A DNA stretch of 9,077 nucleotides from Paraspadella gotoi (lineage: Eukaryota; Animalia; Chaetognatha), in the NCBI GenBank assembly GCA_051294375.1, contig JBJCIZ010001612.1:1-9077 (forward strand). Reading direction: 5' to 3'. Under the pieces are notes generated by a model, which was not told the DNA's origin, did not search any database, and worked only from the letters and a program-made list of their open reading frames with translations. The translations under genes and the position numbers were made by a program. Position 1 is the stretch's first letter, and each line of letters starts with the position of its first letter. Shown one piece after another: positions 7,118 through 9,077 of this stretch.

Positions 7118-7551
7118 AGCAGACATAGGATGGGACAGACGGATGCCGAGTGGGGGTGAATTTTTACTTTCGCAGACAGGCGTTTAGGGGTGGTTTGTGA
7201 TTAAGGGAATTAGTTAATATCTTTTTATATAATACTTTTTAAATGGTTTTTTCAAAGACCCAAACCCGGCGGCGATATAAAAATAGCCGAAGATATGCGA
7301 TCCCACTTTAAATTTGTAATTTTCTTAAATCTTTAAAACTGAATAATCATGCAAAAAAAACTCAAGGCAAAATTTTACTTTCGCCGACTGGGGTTTTGGC
7401 GTCTTTTAAAAAAACATTTAAAAATATTATATAAAAAGATTATTAATTAATAACCCTAATCCTCTAAACAAACCACCCCAAACGCCTGTCTGCGAAAGTA
7501 AATATTCACCCCACTCGGCATCCGTCCATCCCATCTATGTCTGCTCCATAG
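7113..7551. mobile_element. MITE / foldback element with about 190-bp inverted arms
   Basis: CTATG-AGCAGACATAGGATGGGACAGACGGATGCCGAGTGGGGGTGAATTTTTACTTTCGCAGACAGGCGTTT (from 7113) matches the reverse complement of the stretch ending at 7551. Arms run about 7113-7300 and 7347-7551. Flanks are TG and TA, a possible mutated TA TSD. Confidence 0.85.
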
Positions 7552-8197
7552 TAGAATTCCTCCATAAATTTTTAAAATTTGTCAGAACGTTTTTCTCTTT
7601 TTTTCCATATTTTTTTTGACACGCTAAACGTTTCTCTGATTACGCAAAATTTCATGAAAAAAATAAAAAATTAATAGTACAAATGGTTAGTGTTATGTCT
7701 CGAATAGATGGAACTAAGGGGTAACTAAGGCTTACCAATGGCATCCTCCACGCCAATAGTTCTCTCAAATTAATTTTTTTTATTTATACATTTGAAAGGG
7801 AAAAAAAGAAAATCAGAATGCAGGTTGCAGAAAGGGTACAGATAATCTGGACATACTGACATGATAATCATGACCTTTCTATGTCTTGTGAAATGGGATA
7901 TAAGTAAATAGATTAATTTCTTGTATAAAGGTTGTTATATTTAAAAGAAAATTATCAATACAAATAAACACAATGATGTCTGCTTTGTCATATGTCGCCA
8001 GCTATGTTACTTTTTAAAATTATTATGATAAACGAGCAGCGTGTCAAGCTTTTTGGTTTGCAGTTGAAGATAATGAAAATGAAATTTTTTTTTTCACAGA
8101 CAAAAGGTAGACGTCCAGACGGTTTATATCAATCTGAAAATATTTTTTGTATTTATCATTTTTCATATTTAAAAAATCCATTTTATCCAACTACTTC

Positions 8198-8271
8198 ATA
8201 AATTTTTGCTTGTTTTTTACTTTAACTAAAAAATACAAGCAAATTTATAGAAAAATACAAGCAAATTATAG
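8198..8271. repeat. 22-bp tandem duplication plus an inverted copy
   Basis: AAAAATACAAGCAAATTTATAG (8229-8250) and AAAAATACAAGCAAATTATAG (8251-8271), with the inverted relative ATAAATTTTTGCTTGTTTTTT at 8198-8218. Confidence 0.75.
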
Positions 8272-9002
8272 AGTAGAGAAAATTTAATGGTATCAAAATG
8301 AATTAGTCTTTCCTTTTTCCAAAATTACGAAAGAAGAAAAAAAATTTCACATGCCTCATTGAAATTTTTAAGCAAAAACTGTTATACTCTTTAACTCCGA
8401 TTTAAATAAAACTGTAAAGATTATGGATAAAATTTAATAAAACTATTTTAGAGAGGTGTCCATGATTAGGGCTTTAATTTAATACCTCACCCACATTCCT
8501 ACCTCTTTTCTTTCCAAAGTTTTCCAAGAAAATAACTTTTTTTACCGTTAGAGAACTAAGGATTTGAACTACGCAATACAAATCTCTTTGGTTAAATAAA
8601 AATTTCGGCAAGTGGGAGTATCTCAATTTATCCTATTGTACAATACCTAAATTTTTAAAATAAAACCTAAAGAAAAATTTTCCGTCCTCTAGAGACATAT
8701 AACTTCAGGTGTACCATCGTCTTACACATTTATGGATTATGCTAGAAGAAAATCAGCAAAAACGTTTTCTCTTTTTTTAAAAATAGTTTGTACTAGCGCG
8801 GGTCAGAAATCTAAGAAGAACTCGAAAATTTTATTCTGACAAGTTTGCCTTTCAAGGCTGACGTTTATGACTATATCTCGGAAACCATTGTAGAAATTTA
8901 AACGGTTTTTTTGCAAGTTAATATTGATATCATCCTCCAGGGACCGGCATAAAAATATATAAAAAAATAAACTAATATTGGCTCTCGAGTGAGGTAACTT
9001 TC

Positions 9003-9062
9003 CATAGCATTAAAATTCTATATTTCTGATTGGATGAATGGACTGAGTTAAAATTTTGTATT
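9003..9062 (-). repeat. About 60-bp repeat, inverted copy of 7057-7117
   Basis: Reverse complement reads AATACAAAATTTTAACTCAGTCCATTCATCCAATCAGAAATATAGAATTTTAATGCTATG. Confidence 0.85.
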
Positions 9063-9077
9063 ATTGAGATGTAAGAC

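Noticed and set aside
5861-8201. ORFs 5861..6055, 6581..6898 and 7992..8201
   Set aside because: F/I/K/N-rich products typical of AT-rich non-coding DNA; 6581..6898 runs across a palindromic repeat.

Overview
AT-rich eukaryotic (invertebrate) genomic DNA; the 56-69 nt GT-AG introns and the transposase type suggest an arthropod such as a Daphnia-like crustacean (inference). Bases 1-3980 are a near-complete cut-and-paste DNA transposon. It has long, highly degenerate terminal inverted repeats and a minus-strand, intron-containing DDE transposase with HFDGK / FDTT / CLHH / HHARW / NDAGER motifs, best matching the hAT superfamily (hATm-like). The 3' ~600 codons splice into an uninterrupted frame, while the 5' ~700 bp carry about 8 single-base frameshifts. 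The rest of the window is non-coding and repeat-rich: a GC-rich multi-hairpin island that may be a solo LTR (about 4001-4254), two possible decayed exon fragments, a 92-nt pyrimidine tract, two MITE-like foldbacks (6648-6824, 7113-7551), a TTAGGG-like G-quadruplex motif, and a 60-bp inverted repeat pair (7057-7117 / 9003-9062). I see no prokaryotic system, CRISPR array or recognisable RNA gene, and nothing I can claim as a demonstrably new system.
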